DNA from: Eledone cirrhosa
Taxonomy: Eukaryota
Assembly (NCBI GenBank): GCA_964016885.1
Contig: OZ024744.1
Location: forward strand, 17,608,001 to 17,672,000
Length of the DNA: 64,000 nucleotides
Reading direction: 5' to 3'
Under the pieces are notes generated by a model. That model had not been told where the DNA came from and searched no databases. It was given only the letters and a program-made list of their open reading frames with translations. Position numbers and translations under genes: made by a program. Each line of letters opens with the position of its first letter. The stretch's first letter is position 1. This document shows, piece after piece, positions 27,001 to 40,950 of this stretch.

Positions 27001-30000
27001 ATGACGGCTGGAGCCCCTGAAAACTGCAGTAAAAACTGCAATGACGGCTGGATCCCCTTAAGACATGAGTTAAGACAACAATGACGGCTGGAGCCTCGTA
27101 AAACAGGAGTTGAGACAGCAATGACGGTTGGAGCCCTGTAAAACAGGAGTTGTGACAGCAATGACAGCTAGTACACTATAAAACGTGAGTTGAGACATGA
27201 ATGACGGCTGGAGCCCTGTAAGACAGGAGTTGAGACAGCAATGACTGCTGGAGCCCCGTAAGACCGGAGTTGAGACAGCAATGACGGCTGGAGCTCCGGA
27301 AAAACTGGAGACGAAACAGCAATGACGGCTGTAACCCCGTAATACATGAGTTGAGACAACAATGACGGCTGGAGCCCCGTAAGACAGGAGTTTAGAAAGC
27401 AATAACGACTGGAGTCCCGTAAGAGTCGAGTTGAGACAACAATGACAGCTAGTTCACTATAAAACGGGAGTTGAGACAACAATAACGGCTGGAGTCCCGA
27501 AAGACTTGAGTTGAGACAGCAATGACAGCTGGAGCCCCATGGGACAGTAGTTGAGACTACAATGACGGCTGGAGCCCCTTATGACAGGAGTTGAGACAAC
27601 AATGACAGCTGGAGCCCCGTAACAAAGGAGTTGTGACAGCAATGAGAGTTAGTGCACCGTAAGACAGGAGTTGAGACAACATTGACGGCTGGAGACCAGT
27701 AAGACAGGAGATGAGACAATAACGACGACTGGAGATTCGAAGGACAGGAGTTGAGACAGCAATGACGGCTGGAGTCCCGTAAGACTTGAGTTGAGACAAC
27801 AATGACGGCTGGAGCCCCGTAAGATTGGAGTTGAGACAGCAATGACGGCTGGAGCCCAGTAAGATTGGATTTGAGACAGTAATGATGGCTGGAGACCCGT
27901 AGAACAGGAGTTGAGACAACAATAACGGATGGAGTCCCGTAAGACTCGAACTGAGACAACAATGAAGTCTGGAGCCCCGTAATTCAGGACTTGAGACTGC
28001 AATGACAGTTAGTGCACCGTAAGACAGGAGTTGAGACTGCAATGATGGCTGGTGCCCAGTAAGACTGGAGTTGAGACAGAAATGACGGCTGGATCCCCGT
28101 AAGACAGGAGTTGAAACAACAACGACAGTTGGAGCCCCGTAAGACAGGAGCTTAGACAACAATGACGGCTGGAGCCTCGTACGACAGGAGTTGAGACAGC
28201 AATGAAGGCTGGAGACCCGTAAGACAGGAGATGAGACAACAATGACGGCTGGAGCCCCGTACGACAGGAGTTGAGACAACAATGACGGCTGGAGGCCCGT
28301 AAGACTTGAGTTGAGACAACAAGGACGGCTGGAGCCCCGTAAGATTGGAGTTGAGACAGCAATGACGACAGGAGCCTCGTAAGATTGGAGTTGAGACAAC
28401 AATGACGGCTGGAGCTCCATAAGACAGGAGTTAAGACAGTAATGACGGCTGAAGTGCCGTAAGACATGAATTGATAAACAATGACGGCTGGAGCCCCGAA
28501 TGTTAGGAGTTGAGACAACAATGACGGCTGGAGCTCCATAAGACAGGAGTTAAGACAGTAATGACGGCTGAAGTGCCGTAAGACAGGAATTGATAAACAA
28601 TGACGGCTGGAGCCCCGAATGTCAGGAGTTGAGACAACAATGACGCCTGGATCCCTGTAGGACAGGAGTTGAGACAGCAATGACGGCTGGTGCCCCATAT
28701 GACAGGAGTGAGACAACAATGACGGCTGAGGTACCGTAAGACAGGAGTTGAGACAACAATGCCGGCTGGAGCCCCGTAAGACAGGAGTTGAGACGACAAT
28801 GACGGCTGGATCCCCGTAACACAGGAGGTGTGACAGCAATGACAGTTAGTGCACCGTAAGACAGGAGTTGAGACAACATTGACGGCTGGAGACCAGTAAG
28901 ACAGGAGATGAGACAACAATGACGGCTGGAGTCCCGTAAAACTCATGCGGAGACAATGACGGCTGGAGCCACGTGAGACAGGTGTTGAGACAGCAATGAT
29001 GGCTGGTGCCCAGTAAGACTGGAGTTGAGACAGCAATAACGGATGGAGCCCGTAAGAAAGGAGTTGAGACAAGAATGACGGCTGGAGCCCCGTAAGACAT
29101 GAGTTGAGACAACAATGACGGCTGGAGCCCCGTAAGACAGGAGTTGAGACACCAATGACGGCTGGAGCCCCGTAAGACAGGAGTTGAGACACCAATGACG
29201 GCTGGAGCCCCGTAAGATTGGAGTTGAGACAGCAATGACGGCTGGAGGCGCGTAAGACATGAGTTGAGACAACAATGACGGCTGGAGTCCCGGAAAACTG
29301 GAGTTGAAACAGCAAGTACGGCTGGAGCCCCGTAAGACAGGAGGTGAGACAACAATGACGGCTGGAGCCCTGTAAGACAGGAGTTGTGGCAGCTATGACA
29401 GCTAGTGCACTATAAAACAGGAGTTGAGTACAATAACGGCTGGTGACCCGTAAGTCTTGAGTTGAGCCAGCAATGATGGCTGGAGCCCGTAATACAGGAG
29501 TTGAGACACCAATGACAGCTGGAGCCCCGTAAGACTGGAGTTGAGACAGCAATGACGGCTGGAGCCCCGGAAAACTGGAGTTGAAACAGCAATGACCTCT
29601 GGAGATCCCTAAAACAGTAGTTGACAAAGCAATGACGGCTGGAGCCCCGTGAGACAGCAGTTGAAACAACAATGACAGCTGGAGCCCCGTAAGACAGGAG
29701 CAGAGACAACAATGAAAGCTGGAGCCCCGTACGACAGGAGATGAGACAACAATGACGGCTGGAGTCCCGGAAGACAGGAGTTGAGACAGCAATGACGGCT
29801 GGACACCCGTAAGTCAGGAGTTGAGACAACAATTACGGCTGGAGCCCCGTAAGATTGGAGTTGAGACAGCAATGACGGCTGGAGCCCAGTAAGGTTGGAT
29901 TTGAGACAGTAATGATGGCTGGAGACCCGTAGGAGAGGAGTTGAGACAACAACAACGGATGGAGTCCCGTAAGATTCGAACTGAGACAACAATGAAGTCT

Positions 30001-33000
30001 GGAGCCCCGTAATTCAGGACTTGAGACTGCAATGAGAGTTAGTGCACCGTAAGACAGGAGTTGAGACTGCAATAATGGCTGGTGCCCAGGAAGACTGGAG
30101 TTGAGACAGAAATGACGGCTGGAACCCCGTAAGACAGGAGTTGAGACAACAATGACAGCTGGAGCCCCGTAAGACAGAAGTTGAGACAACAATGACAGCT
30201 GGAGCCCCGTAAGACAGGAGTTGAGACAACAATGACAGCTGGAGCCCCGTAAGACTTGAGGTGAGACAGCAATGAAGGCTGGAGCTCCGTAAGACAGGAG
30301 ATGAGACAACAACGACGACTGGAGCTTCGTAGGACCGGAGTTGAGACAACAATGACGGCTTGAGTCCCGTAAGACTTGAGTTGAGACAACAAGGACGGCT
30401 GGAGCCCCGTAAGACTTGAGGTGAGACAGCAATGATGGCTGGAGCCCCGTAAGACAGGAGTTTAGAAAGCAATGACGACTGGAGTCGCGTAAGAATCGAG
30501 TTGAGACAACAATGACGGCCGGAGCCCTGTAAGACAGGATTTGTGACAGCAATGACAGCTAGTTCACTATAAAACAGGAGTTGAGACAACAATAACGGCT
30601 GGAGTCCCGAAAGACTTGAGTTGAGACAGCAATGACAGCTGGAGCCCCGTTGGACAGTAGTTGAGACAACAATGACGGCTGGAGTACCGTAAGACAGGAG
30701 TTGAGACAACAATGACGGCTGGAGCCCCGTAAGACATGAGTTGAGACAGCAATGACGGCTGGAGCCCCGTGAGACATGAGTTGAGACAACAATGACGGCT
30801 GGAGCCCCGAAAGACAGGAGTTGAGACAGCAATGATGGCTGGAGTCCCATAAGAGTCGAGTTGAGACAACAATGACGGCTGGAGCCCTGTAAGACAGGAG
30901 TTGTGACAGCAATGACAGCTAGTTCACTATAAAACAGGAGTTGAGACAACAATAACGGCTGGAGTCCCGAAAGACTTTAGTTGAGACAGCAATGATGGCT
31001 GGAGCGCCGTAATTCAGGAGTTGAGACAACAATGACGGCTGGAGCCCCGTAAGATTGGAGTTTAGACAGTAATGACGGCTGGAGACCCGTAGGACAGGAG
31101 TTGAGACAACAATGATGGCTGGAGTCCCGTAAGATTGGAGTTTAGACAGTAATGACGGCTGGAGACCCGTAGGACAGGAGTTGAGACAACAACGACGACT
31201 GGAGTCCCGTAGGACAGGAGTTGAGACAACAATGATGGCTGGAGACCCATAAGACTCGAGCTGAGACAACAATGACGTCTGGAGTCCCGTAAGACTCGAA
31301 CTGAGACAACAATGAAGTCTGGAGCCCCGTCATTCAGGACTTGAGACTGCAATGACAGTTAGTGCACCGTAAGACAGGAGTTGAGACTGCAATAATGGCT
31401 GGTGCCCAGTATGACTGGAGTTGAGACAGAAATAACGGCTGGAGCCCCGTAAGACAGGAGTTGCGACAACAATGACAGCTGGAGCCCCGTAAGACAGGAG
31501 CTTAGACAACAATGACGGCTGGAACCCCGTACGACAGGAGTTGAGACAGCAATGAAGGCTGGAGACCCGTAAGACAGGAGATGAGACAACAACGACGGCT
31601 GGAGCCCCGTACGACAGGAGTTGAGACAACAATGACGGCTGGAGCCTCGTAAGACTTGAGTTGAGACAACAATGACGGCTGGAGCTCCATAAGACAGGAG
31701 TTAAGACAGTAATGACGGCTGAAGTGCCGTAAGACGGGAATTGATAAACAATGACGGCTGGAGCCCCGAATGTCAGGAGTTGAGACAACAATGACGCCTG
31801 GATCCCTGTAGGACAGAAGTTGAGACAGCAATGACGGCTGGTGCCCCATATGACAGGAGTGAGACAACAATGACGGCTGGTGTACCGTAAGACAGGAGTT
31901 GAGACAACAATGCCGGCTGGAGCCCCGTAAGACAGGAGTTGAGACGACAATGACGGCTGGATCCCCGTAACACAGGAGGTGTGACAGCAATGACAGTTAG
32001 TGCACCGTAAGACAGGAGTTGAGACAACATTGACGGCTGGAGACCAGTAAGACAGGAGATGAGACAACAATGACGGCTGGAGTCCCGTAAAACTCATGCG
32101 GAGACAATGACGGCTGGAGCCACGTGAGAGAGGTGTTGAGACAGCAATGATGGCTGGTGCCCAGTAAGACTGGAGTTGAGACAGCAATAACGGATGGAGC
32201 CCGTAAGAAAGGAGTTGAGACAAGAATGAAGGCTGGAGCCCCGTAAGATTGGAGTTGAGACAGTAATGATGGCTGGAGACCCTTTGGACAGGAGTTGAGA
32301 CAACAACGACGACTGGAGTCCCGTAGGAGAGGAGTTGAGACAACAATAACGGATGGAGTCCCGTGAGACTCGAACTGAGACAACAATGAAGTCTGGAGCC
32401 CCGTAATTCAGGACTTGAGACTGCAATGACAGTTAGTGCACCGTAAGACAGGAGTTGAGACTGCAATAATGGCTGGTGCCCCGTAAGACAGGAGTTGAGA
32501 CAACAATGACAGCTGGAGCCCCGCAAGACAGGAGCTTAGAAAACAATGACGGCTGGATCCCCGTACGACAGGAGTTGAGACAGCAATGAAGGCTGGAGAC
32601 CCGTAAGACAGGAGATGAGACAACAACGACGACTGGAGCTTCGTAGGACAGGAGTTGAGACAACAATGACGGCTGGAGTCCCGTAAGACTTGAGTTGAGA
32701 CAACAAGGACGGCTGGAGCCCCGTAAGACTTGAGTTGAGACAGCAATGACGGCTGGAGCCTCGTAAGACTTGAGTTGAGACAACAATGACGGCTGCAGCT
32801 CCATAAGACAGGAGTTAAGACAGTAATGACGGCTGAAGTGCCGTAAGACGGGAATTGATAAACAATGACGGCTGGAGCCCCAAATGTCAGGAGTTGAGAC
32901 AACAATGACGCCTGGATCCCTGTAGGACAGAAGTTGAGATAGCAATGACGGCTGGTGCCCCATATGACAGGAGTGAGACAACAATGACGGCTGAGGTACC

Positions 33001-33539
33001 ATAAGACAGGAGTTGAGACAACAATGCCGGCTGGAGCCCCGTAAGACAGGAGTTGAGACAACAATGACGGCTGGAGCCCCGTAACACAGGAGGTGTGACA
33101 GCAATGACAGTTAGTGTACCGTAAGACAGGAGTTGAGACAACATTGACGGCTGGAGACCAGTAAGACAGGAGATGAGACAAAAATGACCACTGGAGTCCC
33201 GTAAAACTCATGCGGAGACAATGACGGCTGGAGCCACGTGAGACAGGTGTTGAGACAGCAATGATGGCTGGTGCCCAGTAAGACTGGAGTTGAGACAGCA
33301 ATGACGGATGGAGCCCGTAAGAGAGGAGTTGAGACAAGAATGACGGCTGGAGCCCGGTAAGACATGAGTTGAGACAACAATGACGGCTGGAGCCCCGTAA
33401 GACAGGAGTTGAGACACCAATGACGGCTGGAGCCCCGGAAAACTGGAGTTGAAACAGCAATGAAGGCTGGAGACCCGTAAGACAGGAGATGAGACAACAA
33501 TGACGGCTGGAGATCCCTAAGACAGGAGTTGAGAAAGCA

Positions 33540-36500
33540 ATGACGGCTGGAGCCCCGTAAGACAGGAGTTGAGACACCAATGACGGCTGGAGCCCCGTAA
33601 GACAGGAGTTGAGACACCAATGACGGCTGGAGCCCCGTAAGACAGGAGTTGAGACACCAATGACGGCTGGAGCCCCGTAAGATTGGAGTTGAGACAGCAA
33701 TGACGGCTGGAGGCGCGTAAGACATGAGTTGAGACAACAATGGCGGCTGGAGTCCCGGAAAACTGGAGTTGAAACAGCAAGTACGGCTGGAGCCCCGTAA
33801 GACAGGAGGTGAGACAACAATGACGGCTGGAGCCCTGTAAGACAGGAGTTGTGGCAGCTATGACAGCTAGTGCACTATAAAACAGGAGTTGAGACAACAA
33901 TAACGGCTGGTGACCCGTAAGTCTTGAGTTGAGCCAGCAATGATGGCTGGAGCCCGTAATACAGGAGTTGAGACACCAATGACAGCTGGAGCCCCGTAAG
34001 ACTGGAGTTGAGACAGCAATGACGGCTGGAGCCCCGGAAAACTGGAGTTGAAACAGCAATGACCTCTGGAGATCCCTAAAACAGTAGTTGACAAAGCAAT
34101 GACGTCTGGAGCCCCGTGAGACAGCAGTTGAAACAACAATGACAGCTGGAGCCCCGTAAGACAGGAGCAGAGACAACAATGAAAGCTGGAGCCCCGTACG
34201 ACAGGAGATGAGACAACAATGACGGCTGGAGTCCCGGAAGATTGGAGTTGAGACAGTAATGATGGCTGGAGACCCGTAGGAGAGGAGTTGAGACAACAAT
34301 AACGGATGGAGTCCCGTAAGATTCGAACTGAGACAACAATGAAGTCTGGAGCCCCGTAATTCAGGACTTGAGACTGCAATGAGAGTTAGTGCACCGTAAG
34401 ACAGGAGTTGAGACTGCAATAATGGCTGGTGCCCAGGAAGACTGGAGTTGAGACAGAAATGACGGCTGGAACCCCGTAAGACAGGAGTTGAGACAACAAT
34501 GACAGCTGGAGCCCCGTAAGACAGGAGTTGAGACAACAATGACAGCTGGAGCCCCGTAAGACAGGAGTTGAGACAACAATGACAGCTGGAGCCCCGTAAG
34601 ACAGGAGCTTAGACAACAGTGACGGCTGGAGCCCCGTACGACAGGAGTTGAGACAGCAATGAAGGCTGGAGCTCCGTAAGACAGGAGATGAGACAACAAC
34701 GACGACTGGAGCTTCGTAGGACCGGAGTTGAGACAACAATGACGGCTTGAGTCCCGTAAGACTTGAGTTGAGACAACAAGGACGGCTGGAGCCCCGTAAG
34801 ACTTGAGGTGAGACAACAATGATGGCTGGAGCCCCGTAAGACAGGAGTTTAGAAAGCAATGACGACTGGAGTCGCGTAAGAATCGAGTTGAGACAACAAT
34901 GACGGCCGGAGCCCTGTAAGACAGGAGTTTAGAAAGCAATGACAGCTAGTTCACTATAAAACAGGAGTTGAGACAACAATAACGACTGGAGTCCCGAAAG
35001 ACTTGAGTTGAGACAGCAATGACAGCTGGAGCCCCGTGGGACAGTAGTTGAGACAACAATGACGGCTGGAGGCCCATATGACAGGAGTTGAGACAACAAT
35101 GACGGCTGGAGTACCGTAAGACAGGAGTTGAGACAACAATGACGGCTGGAGCCCCGTAAGACATGAGTTGAGACAGCAATGACGGCTGGAGCCCCGTGAG
35201 ACATGAGTTGAGACAACAATGACGGCTGGAGCCCCGAAAGACAGGAGTTGAGACAGCAATGATGGCTGGAGTCCCATAAGAGTCGAGTTGAGACAACAAT
35301 GACGGCTGGAGCCCTGTAAGACAGGAGTTGTGACAGCAATGACAGCTAGTTCACTATAAAACAGGAGTTGAGACAACAATAACGGCTGGAGTCCCGAAAG
35401 ACTTTAGTTGAGACAGCAATGATGGCTGGAGCGCCGTAATTCAGGAGTTGAGACAACAATGAAGGCTGGAGCCCCGTAAGATTGGAGTTTAGACAGTAAT
35501 GACGGCTGGAGACCCGTAGGACAGGAGTTGAGACAACAATGATGGCTGGAGTCCCGTAAGATTGGAGTTTAGACAGTAATGACGGCTGGAGACCCGTAGG
35601 ACAGGAGTTGAGACAACAACGACGACTGGAGTCCCGTAGGACAGGAGTTGAGACAACAATGATGGCTGGAGACCCGTAAGACTCGAGCTGAGACAACAAT
35701 GACGTCTGGAGCCCCGTAATTTAGGACTTGAGACAGCAATGACAGTTAGTGCACCGTAAGACGGGAGTTGAGTCTGCAATGATGGCTGGTGCCCAGTAAG
35801 ACTGGAGTTGAGACAGCAATGACGGCTGGAGCCCCGTAAGACAGGAGTTGAGACAACAATGACAGCTGGAGCCCCGTATGACAGGAGTTGAGACAACAAT
35901 GACGGCTGGAGCCCCGTACGACAGGAGATGAGACAACAACGACGACTGGATCCTCGTAGAAGAGGAGTTGAGACAACAATGACGGCTGGAGCCCCGTACG
36001 ACAAGAGTTGAGACAGCAATGAAGGCTGGAGACCCGTAAGACAGGAGATGAGACAACAATGACGGCTGGAGCCCCGTAAGACAGGAGTTGAGACACCAAT
36101 GACGGCTGGAGCCCCGTAAGACAGGAGTTGAGACACCAATGACGGCTGGAGCCCCGTAAGACAGGAGTTGAGACACCAATGACGGCTGGAGCCCCGTAAG
36201 ATTGGAGTTGAGACAGCAATGACGGCTGGAGGCGCGTAAGACATGAGTTGAGACAACAATGGCGGCTGGAGTCCCGGAAAACTGGAGTTGAAACAGCAAG
36301 TACGGCTGGAGCCCCGTAAGACAGGAGGTGAGACAACAATGACGGCTGGAGCCCTGTAAGACAGGAGTTGTGGCAGCTATGACAGCTAGTGCACTATAAA
36401 ACAGGAGTTGAGACAACAATAACGGCTGGTGACCCGTAAGTCTTGAGTTGAGCCAGCAATGATGGCTGGAGCCCGTAATACAGGAGTTGAGACACCAATG

Positions 36501-39500
36501 ACAGCTGGAGCCCCGTAAGACTGGAGTTGAGACAGCAATGACGGCTGGAGCCCCGGAAAACTGGAGTTGAAACAGCAATGACCTCTGGAGATCCCTAAAA
36601 CAGTAGTTGACAAAGCAATGACGTCTGGAGCCCCGTGAGACAGCAGTTGAAACAACAATGACAGCTGGAGCCCCGTAAGACAGGAGCAGAGACAACAATG
36701 AAAGCTGGAGCCCCGTACGACAGGAGATGAGACAACAATGACGGCTGGAGTCCCGGAAGATTGGAGTTGAGACAGTAATGATGGCTGGAGACCCGTAGGA
36801 GAGGAGTTGAGACAACAATAACGGATGGAGTCCCGTAAGATTCGAACTGAGACAACAATGAAGTCTGGAGCCCCGTAATTCAGGACTTGAGACTGCAATG
36901 AGAGTTAGTGCACCGTAAGACAGGAGTTGAGACTGCAATAATGGCTGGTGCCCAGGAAGACTGGAGTTGAGACAGAAATGACGGCTGGAACCCCGTAAGA
37001 CAGGAGTTGAGACAACAATGACAGCTGGAGCCCCGTAAGACAGGAGTTGAGACAACAATGACAGCTGGAGCCCCGTAAGACAGGAGTTGAGACAACAATG
37101 ACAGCTGGAGCCCCGTAAGACAGGAGCTTAGACAACAGTGACGGCTGGAGCCCCGTACGACAGGAGTTGAGACAGCAATGAAGGCTGGAGCTCCGTAAGA
37201 CAGGAGATGAGACAACAACGACGACTGGAGCTTCGTAGGACCGGAGTTGAGACAACAATGACGGCTTGAGTCCCGTAAGACTTGAGTTGAGACAACAAGG
37301 ACGGCTGGAGCCCCGTAAGACTTGAGGTGAGACAACAATGATGGCTGGAGCCCCGTAAGACAGGAGTTTAGAAAGCAATGACGACTGGAGTCGCGTAAGA
37401 ATCGAGTTGAGACAACAATGACGGCCGGAGCCCTGTAAGACAGGATTTGTGACAGCAATGACAGCTAGTTCACTATAAAACAGGAGTTGAGACAACAATA
37501 ACGGCTGGAGTCCCGAAAGACTTGAGTTGAGACAGCAATGACAGCTGGAGCCCCGTGGGACAGTAGTTGAGACAACAATGACGGCTGGAGGCCCATATGA
37601 CAGGAGTTGAGACAACAATGACGGCTGGAGTACCGTAAGACAGGAGTTGAGACAACAATGACGGCTGGAGCCCTGTAAGACAGGAGTTGTGACAGCAATG
37701 ACAGCTAGTTCACTATAAAACAGGAGTTGAGACAACAATAACGGCTGGAGTCCCGAAAGACTTTAGTTGAGACAGCAATGATGGCTGGAGCGCCGTAATT
37801 CAGGAGTTGAGACAACAATGAAGGCTGGAGCCCCGTAAGATTGGAGTTTAGACAGTAATGACGGCTGGAGACCCGTAGGACAGGAGTTGAGACAACAATG
37901 ATGGCTGGAGTCCCGTAAGATTGGAGTTTAGACAGTAATGACGGCTGGAGACCCGTAGGACAGGAGTTGAGACAACAACGACGACTGGAGTCCCGTAGGA
38001 CAGGAGTTGAGACAACAATGATGGCTGGAGACCCGTAAGACTCGAGCTGAGACAACAATGACGTCTGGAGCCCCGTAATTTAGGACTTGAGACAGCAATG
38101 ACAGTTAGTGCACCGTAAGACGGGAGTTGAGTCTGCAATGATGGCTGGTGCCCAGTAAGACTGGAGTTGAGACAGCAATGACGGCTGGAGCCCCGTAAGA
38201 CAGGAGTTGAGACAACAATGACAGCTGGAGCCCCGTATGACAGGAGTTGAGACAACAATGACGGCTGGAGCCCCGTACGACAGGAGATGAGACAACAACG
38301 ACGACTGGATCCTCGTAGAAGAGGAGTTGAGACAACAATGACGGCTGGAGCCCCGTACGACAAGAGTTGAGACAGCAATGAAGGCTGGAGACCCGTAAGA
38401 CAGGAGATGAGACAACAATGACGGCTGGAGCCCCGTAAGACAGGAGTTGAGACACCAATGACGGCTGGAGCCCCGTAAGACAGGAGTTGAGACACCAATG
38501 ACGGCTGGAGCCCCGTAAGACAGGAGTTGAGACACCAATGACGGCTGGAGCCCCGTAAGATTGGAGTTGAGACAGCAATGACGGCTGGAGGCGCGTAAGA
38601 CATGAGTTGAGACAACAATGGCGGCTGGAGTCCCGGAAAACTGGAGTTGAAACAGCAAGTACGGCTGGAGCCCCGTAAGACAGGAGGTGAGACAACAATG
38701 ACGGCTGGAGCCCTGTAAGACAGGAGTTGTGGCAGCTATGACAGCTAGTGCACTATAAAACAGGAGTTGAGACAACAATAACGGCTGGTGACCCGTAAGT
38801 CTTGAGTTGAGCCAGCAATGATGGCTGGAGCCCGTAATACAGGAGTTGAGACACCAATGACAGCTGGAGCCCCGTAAGACTGGAGTTGAGACAGCAATGA
38901 CGGCTGGAGCCCCGGAAAACTGGAGTTGAAACAGCAATGACCTCTGGAGATCCCTAAAACAGTAGTTGACAAAGCAATGACGTCTGGAGCCCCGTGAGAC
39001 AGCAGTTGAAACAACAATGACAGCTGGAGCCCCGTAAGACAGGAGCAGAGACAACAATGAAAGCTGGAGCCCCGTACGACAGGAGATGAGACAACAATGA
39101 CGGCTGGAGTCCCGGAAGATTGGAGTTGAGACAGTAATGATGGCTGGAGACCCGTAGGAGAGGAGTTGAGACAACAATAACGGATGGAGTCCCGTAAGAT
39201 TCGAACTGAGACAACAATGAAGTCTGGAGCCCCGTAATTCAGGACTTGAGACTGCAATGAGAGTTAGTGCACCGTAAGACAGGAGTTGAGACTGCAATAA
39301 TGGCTGGTGCCCAGGAAGACTGGAGTTGAGACAGAAATGACGGCTGGAACCCCGTAAGACAGGAGTTGAGACAACAATGACAGCTGGAGCCCCGTAAGAC
39401 AGGAGTTGAGACAACAATGACAGCTGGAGCCCCGTAAGACAGGAGTTGAGACAACAATGACAGCTGGAGCCCCGTAAGACAGGAGCTTAGACAACAGTGA

Positions 39501-40950
39501 CGGCTGGAGCCCCGTACGACAGGAGTTGAGACAGCAATGAAGGCTGGAGCTCCGTAAGACAGGAGATGAGACAACAACGACGACTGGAGCTTCGTAGGAC
39601 CGGAGTTGAGACAACAATGACGGCTTGAGTCCCGTAAGACTTGAGTTGAGACAACAAGGACGGCTGGAGCCCCGTAAGACTTGAGGTGAGACAACAATGA
39701 TGGCTGGAGCCCCGTAAGACAGGAGTTTAGAAAGCAATGACGACTGGAGTCGCGTAAGAATCGAGTTGAGACAACAATGACGGCCGGAGCCCTGTAAGAC
39801 AGGATTTGTGACAGCAATGACAGCTAGTTCACTATAAAACAGGAGTTGAGACAACAATAACGGCTGGAGTCCCGAAAGACTTGAGTTGAGACAGCAATGA
39901 CAGCTGGAGCCCCGTGGGACAGTAGTTGAGACAACAATGACGGCTGGAGGCCCATATGACAGGAGTTGAGACAACAATGACGGCTGGAGTACCGTAAGAC
40001 AGGAGTTGAGACAACAATGACGGCTGGAGCCCCGTAAGACATGAGTTGAGACAGCAATGACGGCTGGAGCCCCGTGAGACATGAGTTGAGACAACAATGA
40101 CGGCTGGAGCCCCGAAAGACAGGAGTTGAGACAGCAATGATGGCTGGAGTCCCATAAGAGTCGAGTTGAGACAACAATGACGGCTGGAGCCCTGTAAGAC
40201 AGGAGTTGTGACAGCAATGACAGCTAGTTCACTATAAAACAGGAGTTGAGACAACAATAACGGCTGGAGTCCCGAAAGACTTTAGTTGAGACAGCAATGA
40301 TGGCTGGAGCGCCGTAATTCAGGAGTTGAGACAACAATGAAGGCTGGAGCCCCGTAAGATTGGAGTTTAGACAGTAATGACGGCTGGAGACCCGTAGGAC
40401 AGGAGTTGAGACAACAATGATGGCTGGAGTCCCGTAAGATTGGAGTTTAGACAGTAATGACGGCTGGAGACCCGTAGGACAGGAGTTGAGACAACAACGA
40501 CGACTGGAGTCCCGTAGGACAGGAGTTGAGACAACAATGATGGCTGGAGACCCGTAAGACTCGAGCTGAGACAACAATGACGTCTGGAGCCCCGTAATTT
40601 AGGACTTGAGACAGCAATGACAGTTAGTGCACCGTAAGACGGGAGTTGAGTCTGCAATGATGGCTGGTGCCCAGTAAGACTGGAGTTGAGACAGCAATGA
40701 CGGCTGGAGCCCCGTAAGACAGGAGTTGAGACAACAATGACAGCTGGAGCCCCGTATGACAGGAGTTGAGACAACAATGACGGCTGGAGCCCCGTACGAC
40801 AGGAGATGAGACAACAACGACGACTGGATCCTCGTAGAAGAGGAGTTGAGACAACAATGACGGCTGGAGCCCCGTACGACAAGAGTTGAGACAGCAATGA
40901 AGGCTGGAGACCCGTAAGACAGGAGATGAGACAACAATGACGGCTGGAGC
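33540..40950. repeat. Higher-order repeat of 59 or 63 monomers (2359/2519 bp), about three tandem copies
   Basis: GTGCACTATAAAA landmark at 33876, 36395 and 38754 (spacings 2519 = 63x40-1 and 2359 = 59x40-1). ORF translations 35721..37058 and 38080..39417 are identical. Confidence 0.9.
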
